Source of the DNA: a virus
Taxonomy: Duplodnaviria > Heunggongvirae > Uroviricota > Caudoviricetes
DNA: 43,328 nt
Strand: one strand, 5' to 3'
Virus record (IMG/VR): IMGVR_UViG_3300033076_000972
Span: 1-43,328 of that record
The position numbers and the translations under genes were made by a program. The notes under the pieces are model-generated. The model did not search any database. It was not told where the DNA came from and worked only from the letters and a program-made list of their open reading frames with translations. Shown in pieces: positions 17,509 to 27,422 of the stretch (position 1 is the stretch's first letter; each line of letters opens with the position of its first letter).

Positions 17509-20500
17509 TTAGATATTTTCAAACGAAGCTCCTGTTGGTGTAATCAAGAACTCAATGTCAATGAATTCAAGAGCTTTTGTTGGTTTAAGGTAAATTTTAC
17601 CTGTCATTGTATTTCTATCCAAATCTTCAGGTGTGTTTGTTACAACAACTCTAAAGTCAATTAAACCTCTATCTCTTCTAATTGAATCCAAAATTGGGTT
17701 AACAGCGTCTAAGAAATCTTGTCTTACTTTATCGTCGTTTTGTTCAAACAACAATCTAACAGCCACTGCTGAAATCAATTTACGAGCTTGTAACAACAAT
17801 CTTCTTACGTTGATTCTATCAAGAGCTGATTCAGCAACTTGAGTAGTTTTGTTACCCCAAATTAATGTTCCAACATCTGAGAAAGTTGCAATTGGGTTAA
17901 TTCTACCTTGATACAAAGTATCTCTATCATCTTGAGTAAGTTTTTTACGAGCTTTAACTGAATTTACAATACCTCTCGTATAACCCGCTGATGCGAACCA
18001 AGGGAATGAAATGTTATCAGTCAACGCTAAGTTTCTACAAACTTCAGCAGTTGGTGGAAGATAAATTTGTGTATTATTTACAGTATCTCTTGTTAATACC
18101 CAAGGATAATAAGTAGCTGTGTAGTTTGAATCGATACCAGTACCGTCCAAGTTGTCAACTGCTTCAGTTGGGTAAATTAAATCAGTTGCTGGTGATGTTG
18201 TAGTATTAACAAACATGTTATAATCAGGACAAGTCATAATATATAATGAATCAGCTCTTTGTGATTCAATCATATCAATTGCGTCTTCAACCAAGTTAGA
18301 GTTATTAACAAAGTCAATTCCTGGTGTTACAAACACGTTAATGTTTGTTGCTTCAGGATTGCCAAATGTTTGTTGTCCTAATAAGTATGCGTAGTAGTCA
18401 GTGTTTGCCCATTCAGTTGCGTTACCGTTAACAGTAATTCTCTTGAATGCTCCCCATCCTGTTGCAGTTGGGAATTGTGTTGTTGGTGCTGCTCCTTTTA
18501 AGTAACCTGAACCACCTAACACGTAGTTATCACCGTTTGTTCTATATTTTCTATAAATGTCCCATCCGTCAAATCCACCACGAGCAAATAATGTGAATTT
18601 TCTTGCTTGGATTCTGTAGTATGGATTTGTTGGGTCAGTAGGGTCAGAAGTGAAAGAAGTATCACCTACTTCAAAAGCTGAAGTACCTGATGTACTATAT
18701 ACTGATGAAATTGTTACAACAGTTGCTCCTGAGTCCATATGGAAACCTTTAGATAAGAAATCCCAATCAGCTGACGAAGTAGCTGTTGCAATGTTATTAG
18801 GATTTTGTTTTCCTTTATAATTGTAATATTCAGGGTCATAACCAATAGTATCAGACAAACCTAAGAATACTCTATTAATTTTATCACCAGCACTTCTTTG
18901 AACTGATGAGAAAGGTGGTTGATAAATTACCTCACCCGCAACATCATATTTTGTTTTATACACAGGGAACGGAGTAACAGCTCCATTATAATTTCTCATT
19001 AAGTAACCTTCAAATCCACAAGGTAATGCGTCTATTGGTGCTTCAGAACTAATTTCTAACATTACATATTTTGACCTTACAGCGTATTCACCATCACTAG
19101 TTCCAATTTTAACACCCACGAAACTATTTGAACCAGGGTTCATAGAACAATTTGTGAATTTTTCTAAGTAAACAGGACTTGCATCCGTATCATTATATGC
19201 TCTAATTGCCACGTCAAAAGTTCCATTATTAAATGAAATATTCATTATAGAAATTTTAACTTCTTGGTTAGCGTCATTACCATCTGAAATTAATATAAAT
19301 TTAAACAATTCATAAACTTTGTTACCTCTTAATTCAGAAACAACAAATGGAGTTTCAGGTGTTTGATATTGTTCTAAGTACCAACCTATAGATGTATTAC
19401 TTCCATTATCGTCTTGTGCTGAAGGTAATGCTGTAATACTTTGTTGGACACCTCTAATGTAACCTTTCTTATATGAATAATTAAGTAAATTATTAAATTC
19501 TTCCTCAACAAACAATGGTACCTCATTACTTGGTTTTCCAAAATTAGATTGACCAAATACTTTTGAAATAAAGTTTGTATCTGTAGAATCTAAAGAAGCT
19601 TTAAATTCAAATGTGTTACCCTCGTAAGTTATACCAGAAACACCAAATGGTGAATATGGACTCATAGATGCTCCACTATAAGTTCCACTAAAATCCAAAA
19701 CAACATCAGTTGTTCCTGTTACTTGATAAACAGGATTTGTTGAAGTAGTATAATTTGATACACCTCTTGAACGTAAAGTTGCTATTACAACATCATTGTA
19801 TTCAGTATATGCAGTTCCAACAAAATTAACACCTGATACTTTAACAGTACCTGAGTAACTACCAGTTGCTCCTGTGATAATCGATATGTTTGATGAGAAT
19901 GAATATCCCGAATAATTATTACCCGTTGTTGGGTCAAATTGTGAGTAATACCAAGCGTCATTGTCTCTGCTTGAGTATGTTTGATTAGCATCTTTAAGAC
20001 TTGGTACACTGTATACATTTGTTAAACTTGTATATCCCGCACCTGTTAAACTATTATAAGTTGTATTATCTAAAGTACCAAAAACGTATGCTGAACTTGC
20101 ACTTAAAGAAGGTGTTGTAACAACTGAGCTTACAAACGATTTAAGTTGAGATTCAATTGACGAGGTTGTGCCATCTGACAACGTAAATTGTTTAGTTAAA
20201 TCATTATAAAAAATTGCTGAAGAAAAAGAACCAAACGAAACGGTTCCACCTGTTGTTGCTGTAAAGTTAACATATACTGCGGATACCGCTGAATTTACTG
20301 CGACTGTCGAACCTTTTACGTTCGCAACCGTACTAATAGACCAAGATGGTCCCGCATCATAACCAGACAAACCAAGAATTCTTGATACGAATAATTGGTT
20401 AGATTGTGATAAATATGATTTAGCGATATACGCTGCTTCGTATTTTGGTATCTGTGTATCTACAAACTTTTCAGGAGATGTTCCCCCAAAGATTGCTGAA

Positions 20501-20664
20501 AATTCATCGAAACTTGAAACGAAGATTGGCTCAAAAGCCGGACCTTTCAAAGTTTCTCCTACAATACCTAACGTTGTAACACCTACGCTTTGTGCTACGA
20601 ATGATAAGTCACGTTCTGAAGTATAAACTCCAGGTGAAACGAAAACTTTATTTGATGTTGCCAT
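17509..20664 (-). CDS. gp18: Tail sheath protein, T4 gp18-like
   Basis: N-terminal FVSPGVYTSERDLS and C-terminal YYPWV, WFASAGYTRG, LYQGRINPI, IWGNKT, ALDRINVRRLL and LEFIDIEF motifs. 1051 aa with insertions. Confidence 0.95.
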   Translation of the reverse strand: MATSNKVFVSPGVYTSERDLSFVAQSVGVTTLGIVGETLKGPAFEPIFVSSFDEFSAIFGGTSPEKFVDTQIPKYEAAYIAKSYLSQSNQLFVSRILGLSGYDAGPSWSISTVANVKGSTVAVNSAVSAVYVNFTATTGGTVSFGSFSSAIFYNDLTKQFTLSDGTTSSIESQLKSFVSSVVTTPSLSASSAYVFGTLDNTTYNSLTGAGYTSLTNVYSVPSLKDANQTYSSRDNDAWYYSQFDPTTGNNYSGYSFSSNISIITGATGSYSGTVKVSGVNFVGTAYTEYNDVVIATLRSRGVSNYTTSTNPVYQVTGTTDVVLDFSGTYSGASMSPYSPFGVSGITYEGNTFEFKASLDSTDTNFISKVFGQSNFGKPSNEVPLFVEEEFNNLLNYSYKKGYIRGVQQSITALPSAQDDNGSNTSIGWYLEQYQTPETPFVVSELRGNKVYELFKFILISDGNDANQEVKISIMNISFNNGTFDVAIRAYNDTDASPVYLEKFTNCSMNPGSNSFVGVKIGTSDGEYAVRSKYVMLEISSEAPIDALPCGFEGYLMRNYNGAVTPFPVYKTKYDVAGEVIYQPPFSSVQRSAGDKINRVFLGLSDTIGYDPEYYNYKGKQNPNNIATATSSADWDFLSKGFHMDSGATVVTISSVYSTSGTSAFEVGDTSFTSDPTDPTNPYYRIQARKFTLFARGGFDGWDIYRKYRTNGDNYVLGGSGYLKGAAPTTQFPTATGWGAFKRITVNGNATEWANTDYYAYLLGQQTFGNPEATNINVFVTPGIDFVNNSNLVEDAIDMIESQRADSLYIMTCPDYNMFVNTTTSPATDLIYPTEAVDNLDGTGIDSNYTATYYPWVLTRDTVNNTQIYLPPTAEVCRNLALTDNISFPWFASAGYTRGIVNSVKARKKLTQDDRDTLYQGRINPIATFSDVGTLIWGNKTTQVAESALDRINVRRLLLQARKLISAVAVRLLFEQNDDKVRQDFLDAVNPILDSIRRDRGLIDFRVVVTNTPEDLDRNTMTGKIYLKPTKALEFIDIEFLITPTGASFENI

Positions 20665-20788
20665 TATTTGTTTTTTTTTTATGTGTTGTTTTATTTACTA
20701 CATAAATATTATTGATTTTTGTAAAAAACTTAGTATACAGATACTATTTATAAATCAGTATGAATAAATTCTTCCTTTTTTCTGCCTT

Positions 20789-20959
20789 ATGAAAAAAACC
20801 CCTAAAAAAATAAAGAATATTAAGATTTCTGAAGAATCACACACAATTCTTAAAAAGTATTGTGAACTAAATGGTTTAAAAATTTACGGTTTTTTAGAAA
20901 ATTTGATTAAAGAAAAATGTCGTACAAAAACAGACATTTACGGTGACCCATTAGACTAA
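20789..20959 (+). CDS. Small ribbon-helix-helix-like DNA-binding protein (absent from the ORF track)
   Basis: Hand-translated 56 aa: MKKTPKKIKNIKISEESHTILKKYCELNGLKIYGFLENLIKEKCRTKTDIYGDPLD. The beta-strand KNIKIS plus two helices fits an RHH pattern. Confidence 0.6.
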   Translation: MKKTPKKIKNIKISEESHTILKKYCELNGLKIYGFLENLIKEKCRTKTDIYGDPLD

Positions 20960-22015
20960 TTTAATATCAAATAAAATATTTGAATCTTGGTTTGTTTTTC
21001 CGGCTTCTTTTTCTATGACAATTTTTAATCCAACATCAGTGTCCATAGGAAAATAAGATAAATCTTGACCAATAAATAATTCGGTACCTTGAGTTAGAGT
21101 AAACGCACTATAATGTACCACATTGTCAGATTTAACAAAATGGTAATCGTAATTAGTTGGTAATGAAGTTTGAGTTAAAGTTGTGTTAGAACCTATAAAT
21201 TTATAATTAGTTGGAATTTCATCGGGGTTTGGAGTAACCGCATTTGCTTTTCTTTGTCTAGTTTTAACACCAACATCCACCATAGTTAAAACTCTTGATA
21301 CCGCAGGTGCCACCTCAAATTGTTCTTCATCTAATAAAACACCCAACATTTTAAACGTATAATTTTGAATAAAATATCTTCTTTTTTGTAACTCAACAAC
21401 GGATTCATCCGAAATACTTTCCATTATAATTGGTATGTATCTTCCTTTAATAAGTGTATATGCTTGTCTTGATGAAAATTTATCTAAAACCTTTTGGTTA
21501 AATGAGTTTAATTCTCTCATTCTGTTAGTAAAAATCTTAACCTCATATGTAATATCAACAGGAATTGGTTGTGGTATTTTATATACATCCATACCATTTC
21601 TTGTTCCATCAAAATTTGGAACTAAAGCATATTGAAACAATGGTTTTCCTGGTATTCTATAGTTAGTGGCTCCTTGATTTGTACCATAAGGAGTTTCAGG
21701 TTTTCTAACCGTTGCAACAAATGGTGGTTTGATATTTGAATCTAAGTCTTGAAAGTTCCAAGTTTGTGTAAACTGTGCCCAGTTTTGTGTCGTAATAATA
21801 ACATCAACTGTATTAACAACTTTTCCATTAACATTTATACCTAAATCATTTTTAACAAAATCTAACATACCCTTATCCAAATCAGCATGGTATATTCCTT
21901 TAGGAAGATATGTTCCATCTTTTTGGATTTGTTCTAACAATTGTTCTCTTCTTGGTTGAAGAATTTTTTTTGGTGTTAGAGAAATTGTCTTTAATAATTT
22001 TTTTGGTAATGCCAT
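20951..22015 (-). CDS. Tail completion / sheath stabiliser, T4 gp15-like
   Basis: Contains PIPVDITYEVKIFTNRMRELNSFNQKVL. Located between the neck gene and the sheath gene. Confidence 0.65.
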   Translation of the reverse strand: MALPKKLLKTISLTPKKILQPRREQLLEQIQKDGTYLPKGIYHADLDKGMLDFVKNDLGINVNGKVVNTVDVIITTQNWAQFTQTWNFQDLDSNIKPPFVATVRKPETPYGTNQGATNYRIPGKPLFQYALVPNFDGTRNGMDVYKIPQPIPVDITYEVKIFTNRMRELNSFNQKVLDKFSSRQAYTLIKGRYIPIIMESISDESVVELQKRRYFIQNYTFKMLGVLLDEEQFEVAPAVSRVLTMVDVGVKTRQRKANAVTPNPDEIPTNYKFIGSNTTLTQTSLPTNYDYHFVKSDNVVHYSAFTLTQGTELFIGQDLSYFPMDTDVGLKIVIEKEAGKTNQDSNILFDIKLV

Positions 22016-22527
22016 TATATTCCTCTAAATTCATCTTCACTTACAGGTGTACAAACAAATGTTCTATAAAATGGTTTGTATCCACCGTAAGTATGTTTAT
22101 TATCTGAAACAATCCTTCCGTCATCAGCAACGGAATAATATCTCATTCTACTTTCAGTTTCGGGATAACCAATGTAATCACCGTATGAAATTGTTATTGC
22201 TTCTTCCTCTAAATAATGAAGATAAACACTCATAATTAAATTACCTGGTTCTGTTTGACTTAATTTAGAATTACCAAATGTTGCTTGTGAAGGAGCCTCA
22301 ATTTTAACAAACGCCTTTATTTCAATAGGTGCTAAATAAGAAACTGAATCGGTTAACGCTTCACCATAAACATCATCTTGATTTGTTTTACTTTTATCAA
22401 CACGATATAATACCAACGTAAAGTTCATATCACCATATAACCATTCTTCACCCATTGATATATTTAGGTTAAAATCCTGTTCGCCAAAGAATTTGGATAT
22501 TCGTGTAATTGGTACTTTATTTGCCAT
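22015..22527 (-). CDS. Neck / head-closure protein, T4 gp14-like
   Basis: About 170 aa with LYRVD...DDVYGE and YGDYIGYP motifs, upstream of the gp15-like gene. ATG at 22527 is preferred over the TTG at 22542. Confidence 0.6.
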   Translation of the reverse strand: MANKVPITRISKFFGEQDFNLNISMGEEWLYGDMNFTLVLYRVDKSKTNQDDVYGEALTDSVSYLAPIEIKAFVKIEAPSQATFGNSKLSQTEPGNLIMSVYLHYLEEEAITISYGDYIGYPETESRMRYYSVADDGRIVSDNKHTYGGYKPFYRTFVCTPVSEDEFRGI

Positions 22528-22580
22528 TATTGATAAATACAAGAAAATTGATTATATTACTTTATTAAAACTATTTTGAT

Positions 22581-24347
22581 TTGGAAAACCCAATAATTGA
22601 AAATTCAGGATTATTAGAACAAAAAGCCCTTAATATATTAAATGATTATCAGGGTGCAAATAACTATATCCTAAAATTAAAAGGTATTTTTAATCCAAAT
22701 AAACGAGGAATTCCAACAAGAAGTCAGTGTGAATATATAGTAAACTATTCAAATACTATCCCAAAAGTTGCTAAAAAATGGGTTGAACTAGATGAATACT
22801 TTTCAGAAAAAATATCAAACGAAAAATTATATACGGTTCCACCAAAACAAGTTTGGATTGAGAAGTTGTTGGTTGAAAAAGATAAATCTTATCACATTTG
22901 GGGTCGTTTTTTTGAAAGTGAACCATTGACTGATTTTTGGTTACCAAAAGCTGCGGTAATTAAAAACCCTGAACAATATTATAAAGAAATTGATTATTCT
23001 AAATATTCCCATAGACCACTTCTTTCACACCAAGTTGAAGCAGTAGAAAAACTTGTAAAAACCAAAAGATTTATTTTAGCAGATGATATGGGTTTAGGGA
23101 AAACCACATCAACTATTGTTGCTGCTTTAGAAACCGAGGCAAAAAAAATATTAATAATTTGTCCCGCATCATTAAAGATTAACTGGCAAAGAGAAATTGA
23201 AAATTACACTGACCGCTCAACATATATCTGCGGTAGTAAAAGATATGAAGATGCTGATTTTGTAATTGTTAATTATGATATATTAAAAAACTTTCATGAC
23301 CCAAAAGACAGAGATAATTCTCGTGTTTTAAAAAGTAATTTTGATTTGGTTATTATTGATGAAGCACATTATATTCAAAATAAAACTGCCCAAAGAACAA
23401 AATTAATTAATGATTTTGTAAAAGGTGTTGATAGGTTGTGGTTGTTAACGGGTACTCCTATGACATCAAGACCAATGAACTATTTTAATCTATTGGAACT
23501 TATTGAATCTCCTGTCGCAGCAAATTGGATGGCATATGTTGTTCGTTATTGCAGTGGGTACCAATTTAAAGTTGGAAACAGAAAAGTTTGGAATGTAACA
23601 GGCGCGTCTAATTTGGAAGAATTAAGAGACAGAACTTCAAGACAAGTCTTAAGAAGACTTAAAACCGATGTATTAGATTTACCCGATAAAATTATAACAC
23701 CTGTTTACTTAAGATTAAAATCAAAAGAATACGAAGAATTAATGGGTGAATACTTTGATTGGTATGAAAGAAATCCCGACGAAAGTGCGTCATTAACAGT
23801 GCAATTTACTAAACTTACAAAAGTAAGACAGGTATTAGCAAATGAAAAAATACGCTCAACTATAGAGTTAGCTGAAAATATAATAGAACAAGATAAAAAA
23901 GTAATAATTTTCACGAATTTTACTGATTCGTTAAATAAGATTTATGAACATTTTGGTAAACAAGCCGTTTACCTTGATGGTTCATGTTCACCAGCAAAAA
24001 GACAAAACGCTGTTGATGAATTTCAAAACAATGAAAAAATAAAAGTGTTTGTTGGTAACCTAAAAGCTGCGGGTGTTGGTATTACACTTACTGCGGGAGA
24101 AGCGGTTATTATGAATGATTTATCATTTGTACCTTCAGACCATTCACAAGCCGAAGACCGAAGTTATAGATACGGACAACAATCAAGCGTATCGGTATAT
24201 TATCCAATATTTGAAAACACCATAGAAGGAACAATCTATGATATTCTTAATAAAAAGAAAAATATTTTTGAGACCGTAATGGGTGATAACGTGGGTAGGG
24301 CAGAAATTGTTCAAGAAATTATGAATCAAATTTTTAATAGAAGGTAA
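22581..24347 (+). CDS. SNF2-family (SMARCAL1/HARP-like) helicase/ATPase
   Basis: Contains ILADDMGLGKT, ICPASLKINW, IIDEAH, LLTGTP, LRRLK, GVGITLT and QAEDRSYRYGQ. TTG start. Confidence 0.9.
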   Translation: MENPIIENSGLLEQKALNILNDYQGANNYILKLKGIFNPNKRGIPTRSQCEYIVNYSNTIPKVAKKWVELDEYFSEKISNEKLYTVPPKQVWIEKLLVEKDKSYHIWGRFFESEPLTDFWLPKAAVIKNPEQYYKEIDYSKYSHRPLLSHQVEAVEKLVKTKRFILADDMGLGKTTSTIVAALETEAKKILIICPASLKINWQREIENYTDRSTYICGSKRYEDADFVIVNYDILKNFHDPKDRDNSRVLKSNFDLVIIDEAHYIQNKTAQRTKLINDFVKGVDRLWLLTGTPMTSRPMNYFNLLELIESPVAANWMAYVVRYCSGYQFKVGNRKVWNVTGASNLEELRDRTSRQVLRRLKTDVLDLPDKIITPVYLRLKSKEYEELMGEYFDWYERNPDESASLTVQFTKLTKVRQVLANEKIRSTIELAENIIEQDKKVIIFTNFTDSLNKIYEHFGKQAVYLDGSCSPAKRQNAVDEFQNNEKIKVFVGNLKAAGVGITLTAGEAVIMNDLSFVPSDHSQAEDRSYRYGQQSSVSVYYPIFENTIEGTIYDILNKKKNIFETVMGDNVGRAEIVQEIMNQIFNRR

Positions 24348-24388
24348 GTTTTTTGAAAATCTATTTATTTATTAGATAATGATAGATT

Positions 24389-25951
24389 ATGAAATTTAAA
24401 AAATTAAAAGCCGAAATTGAAGAATTAGAAGACAAATTAACTACCGACGAAAATTTACAAGAATCAATACAGAACGAACAAAAAGAGATTATTAATGAAA
24501 TGAAAAAAATTGGAATCGAAAGATTACCATATTCATATTCATCTCTCGGTAGATTTATCGACCCAAAAACAATGAATGTTCATTATAACAAACATTATAA
24601 AGGGTATGTTGAAAAATTAAACGCCGCATTGTCAAAACTTAAAGGAGCGGATTTAGAACTTGAAGAAATTGTAAAAGGGATTTCAAGATTTAATAAAACA
24701 GTTAAAAATAATGCTGGGGGTGCATTTAACCACGCTCTGTTTTGGAAAATGTTATCCCCTAAAAAACAAGAAATTAATGGACCTGTTGCAGATAAAATAA
24801 AAAAAGATTTTGGTTCATACGAAGAATTTAAAAAACAATTCACCGAAAAAGCTCAAAAAAACTTTGGTTCAGGTTGGTGTTGGTTGGTCATTAATAATCA
24901 AGGTAAATTAAAAATTGTTACCACGCCAAATCAAGACAATCCATTAATGAACACAATTAAAGATGGAGGGTATCCAATTTTAGGACTTGATTTGTGGGAA
25001 CACGCTTATTATTTAAGATACCAAAATAAAAAAGATGAATATATTGGAAAATTTTTTACAGTTATTAATTGGGAATTTGTTAATAAACTTTTGACTTCAA
25101 AAGAAGAAAAGAAATTAAACGAAGAAAAATTAGCCGGTGAACTATTAGTTGAATCAAGAGAAAGTGTTGGTTGTTCAACATCTGAGGTTAGAGAAATTAA
25201 TAAAATGTTTGCAATGAACCCTCAAGTAAAATATAAATTCATGAACACCATTAATTCAATCATGAAGGAAAAATTTTCAGAATATTGGTTTGAAAAAGAC
25301 CAATATGAACCAGGTTCAATGTCAGGAATTTATAACTATGGTAAACCAGGTCGTTCAGTTATAAACAAATTAAACACAAATTACAGTTCTTTTTGTATTT
25401 TAATGAATGACTTAAATGTTTACTTGGTAAAAAATAATATAACACCAATATCATTCAATGATAAAGATAAACTCGGTCAAATTAAGGAGGTTGAAAGGTT
25501 TACAAAATATTTGTATAACTTAAAAGATAGAATTTTTAATTTATCAACTTCAAAAACATTTCAAACAATTGTACAAAAATTAGTACAAACTGACGCTAAA
25601 GGTGAAGAAAGAGAAGATATTACCATAATTGCATTAAGAAAAATATTTGGAACTGATGACGTACATAAAATAGGTGGTTTAGGTTCTGAAGAAGATATGA
25701 TTTCAGGTGTTGATGCAATTATTAACAAAGATGGACAAAGACTGACAGCTCAAATTAAACCATTTAGTAGTATCAAAGATTATAATGATAATGAGGTTAT
25801 GGTTTTTGGAGCAAGTGCACCAAAACAATACAAGACTGATTTTTTAGTTTTTAACAATAAAAATAAAACAGTTGTCTTCAAAAATGAAAATACAAAAATT
25901 ATTGAGGGTAACTACGTATTTCCAAAATCAAATTTATTTGGAAATATTTGA
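24389..25951 (+). CDS. sod: Mn/Fe superoxide dismutase fused to an N-terminal leader and a C-terminal PD-(D/E)xK-like domain
   Basis: SOD motifs LPYSY, HYNKHY, NNAGGAFNHALFW, FGSGWCWL, NQDNPL and DLWEHAYYL. About 270 additional C-terminal residues include GEERE...GVDAII...TAQIKPF. Confidence 0.9.
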   Translation: MKFKKLKAEIEELEDKLTTDENLQESIQNEQKEIINEMKKIGIERLPYSYSSLGRFIDPKTMNVHYNKHYKGYVEKLNAALSKLKGADLELEEIVKGISRFNKTVKNNAGGAFNHALFWKMLSPKKQEINGPVADKIKKDFGSYEEFKKQFTEKAQKNFGSGWCWLVINNQGKLKIVTTPNQDNPLMNTIKDGGYPILGLDLWEHAYYLRYQNKKDEYIGKFFTVINWEFVNKLLTSKEEKKLNEEKLAGELLVESRESVGCSTSEVREINKMFAMNPQVKYKFMNTINSIMKEKFSEYWFEKDQYEPGSMSGIYNYGKPGRSVINKLNTNYSSFCILMNDLNVYLVKNNITPISFNDKDKLGQIKEVERFTKYLYNLKDRIFNLSTSKTFQTIVQKLVQTDAKGEEREDITIIALRKIFGTDDVHKIGGLGSEEDMISGVDAIINKDGQRLTAQIKPFSSIKDYNDNEVMVFGASAPKQYKTDFLVFNNKNKTVVFKNENTKIIEGNYVFPKSNLFGNI

Positions 25952-25966
25952 TATTTATAAGACAAG

Positions 25967-27082
25967 ATGGCAATTATTGTAGAACCAGAAAGAAGTAAAC
26001 TTTATAGAAGAATCAAAGCTCTTCTTGGTGCTCCTGTTAGGGGTGTTGAATTGGAAGACGAACAAATGGATTCATTGTTAGAACTTGCAATTGGTGACTA
26101 CGAACAATACATTTTAGATTGGTTAATTGAAGCACAGTGGACTTCATTGTATGGTATGAACCTTGACGAACAGTCATTAACAAGGGCACTTACCAAAAGA
26201 AGTTTAGATTGGGAAACCCAATACACCTACGCATATTCAAAAATTGTTGGATTACAAGCGGGTGGTGATTGGGTTCTTAAAAAAGACTATGTTGATTTAG
26301 TACCTAACCAACAAATTTATGAAATACCGGCAGGTCGTGAAATTAATGAACTATTGTGGTTCATGAGAGCAGAATTAAATAATTCTTTGTTTGACCCATT
26401 TATGGGTGGATTTGGTGGATTTGGTGGTATGGGATTAGGTGGTCCTGGTGGATACGCACAATTTGGTGCTAGTGGAAGTTATTTTATGATGCCAGCGTTT
26501 GATGTTGTTTTAAGAATGGCCGATAGGAATTTAAAACAAAGAATTATTATTGGTGATTTAACTTATAGAATAACGGCACTTCCTGAAGGAAAAAAAGCAT
26601 TACATTTATACAATGTACCAGGTGGAAAATTTGATTTTTCTAATATAGGTTTTAACGAATATAGATGTTGGTATTGGTATTATGATACAAACGATGACCG
26701 TGATGATTGTTTAGCCGCTAACCCTGATATTGTAAGATTACCATCTGATATACCATTAGAACCTTTGAATTGGCAGGACCTTAATACACCCGCACAACAA
26801 TGGGTAAGAAGATGGTTTACCGCCTATTGTAAAGAAACTTTAGGACGTATATGGGGTAAATATAGTGGAAATCTTAAAACCCCTGATTCCGAACTAACAT
26901 TAGATTATACATCTTTGTTAGGAGAAGCCAAAGATGAAAGAGCCAAACTTGAGGAAGAATTAAAATTACGTCTCGAAAGATTAAGTCCTGTAAAACAAAT
27001 GGAAAAAGAAGCTTTAATTGCTGAAAACTTAAATAAGCAATTAAAATTCAGACCGTTCCAAAGTCCATACAACGTAATTTAA
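25967..27082 (+). CDS. Neck protein, T4 gp13-like
   Basis: Contains LGAPVRGVELEDEQMDSLL...YEQY and QWVRRWFTAYCKETLGRIWGKYSG...ELTLDYTSLLGEAKDE. Confidence 0.75.
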   Translation: MAIIVEPERSKLYRRIKALLGAPVRGVELEDEQMDSLLELAIGDYEQYILDWLIEAQWTSLYGMNLDEQSLTRALTKRSLDWETQYTYAYSKIVGLQAGGDWVLKKDYVDLVPNQQIYEIPAGREINELLWFMRAELNNSLFDPFMGGFGGFGGMGLGGPGGYAQFGASGSYFMMPAFDVVLRMADRNLKQRIIIGDLTYRITALPEGKKALHLYNVPGGKFDFSNIGFNEYRCWYWYYDTNDDRDDCLAANPDIVRLPSDIPLEPLNWQDLNTPAQQWVRRWFTAYCKETLGRIWGKYSGNLKTPDSELTLDYTSLLGEAKDERAKLEEELKLRLERLSPVKQMEKEALIAENLNKQLKFRPFQSPYNVI

Positions 27083-27086
27083 TTTT

Positions 27087-27422
27087 ATGCCAATATTAAG
27101 AAGTATTCCAAGTAAAAAAATAATAGGAGGTGTTGAAGTTAAAACATCTGAAGTTGCTTTAATATCTGAAACTAACTACATCACATCGGGTGAATATGCT
27201 ATCGTTATAAAAACAGTTGAACATTGTGATTTATTATTGGATAGTAAAACAACCGACCATATTGTTGTCAAAGCTTTAACCAAAGTAACTATTCGACCTG
27301 ATAAAAGTAAAATTGACGAACAATATGATGAAGTTGAAATAGGAAAAGGAGCGTGTGTAGAATTTCACTTTATTGGTGGAAACTGGTATATCTTATCATC
27401 AGACGGTCTCAAACTCGACTAA
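27087..27422 (+). CDS. Small beta-rich hypothetical protein (probably virion-associated)
   Basis: 111 aa with ATG start, co-oriented after the neck gene, ending CVEFHFIGGNWYILSSDG. It overlaps the PolB 3' end convergently by 24 nt. Confidence 0.7.
   Translation: MPILRSIPSKKIIGGVEVKTSEVALISETNYITSGEYAIVIKTVEHCDLLLDSKTTDHIVVKALTKVTIRPDKSKIDEQYDEVEIGKGACVEFHFIGGNWYILSSDGLKLD

Noticed and set aside
13281-20664. Interpretation as a bacterial eCIS/T6SS/tailocin locus
   Set aside because: Neck proteins, gp32-like SSB, PolB and overall gene content indicate a replicating tailed phage.
20671-20680. A10 run (sense strand) in the sheath leader as a phase-variation tract
   Set aside because: It is non-coding and consistent with ordinary A-rich translation enhancers. 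There is no evidence of length variation from a single sequence.
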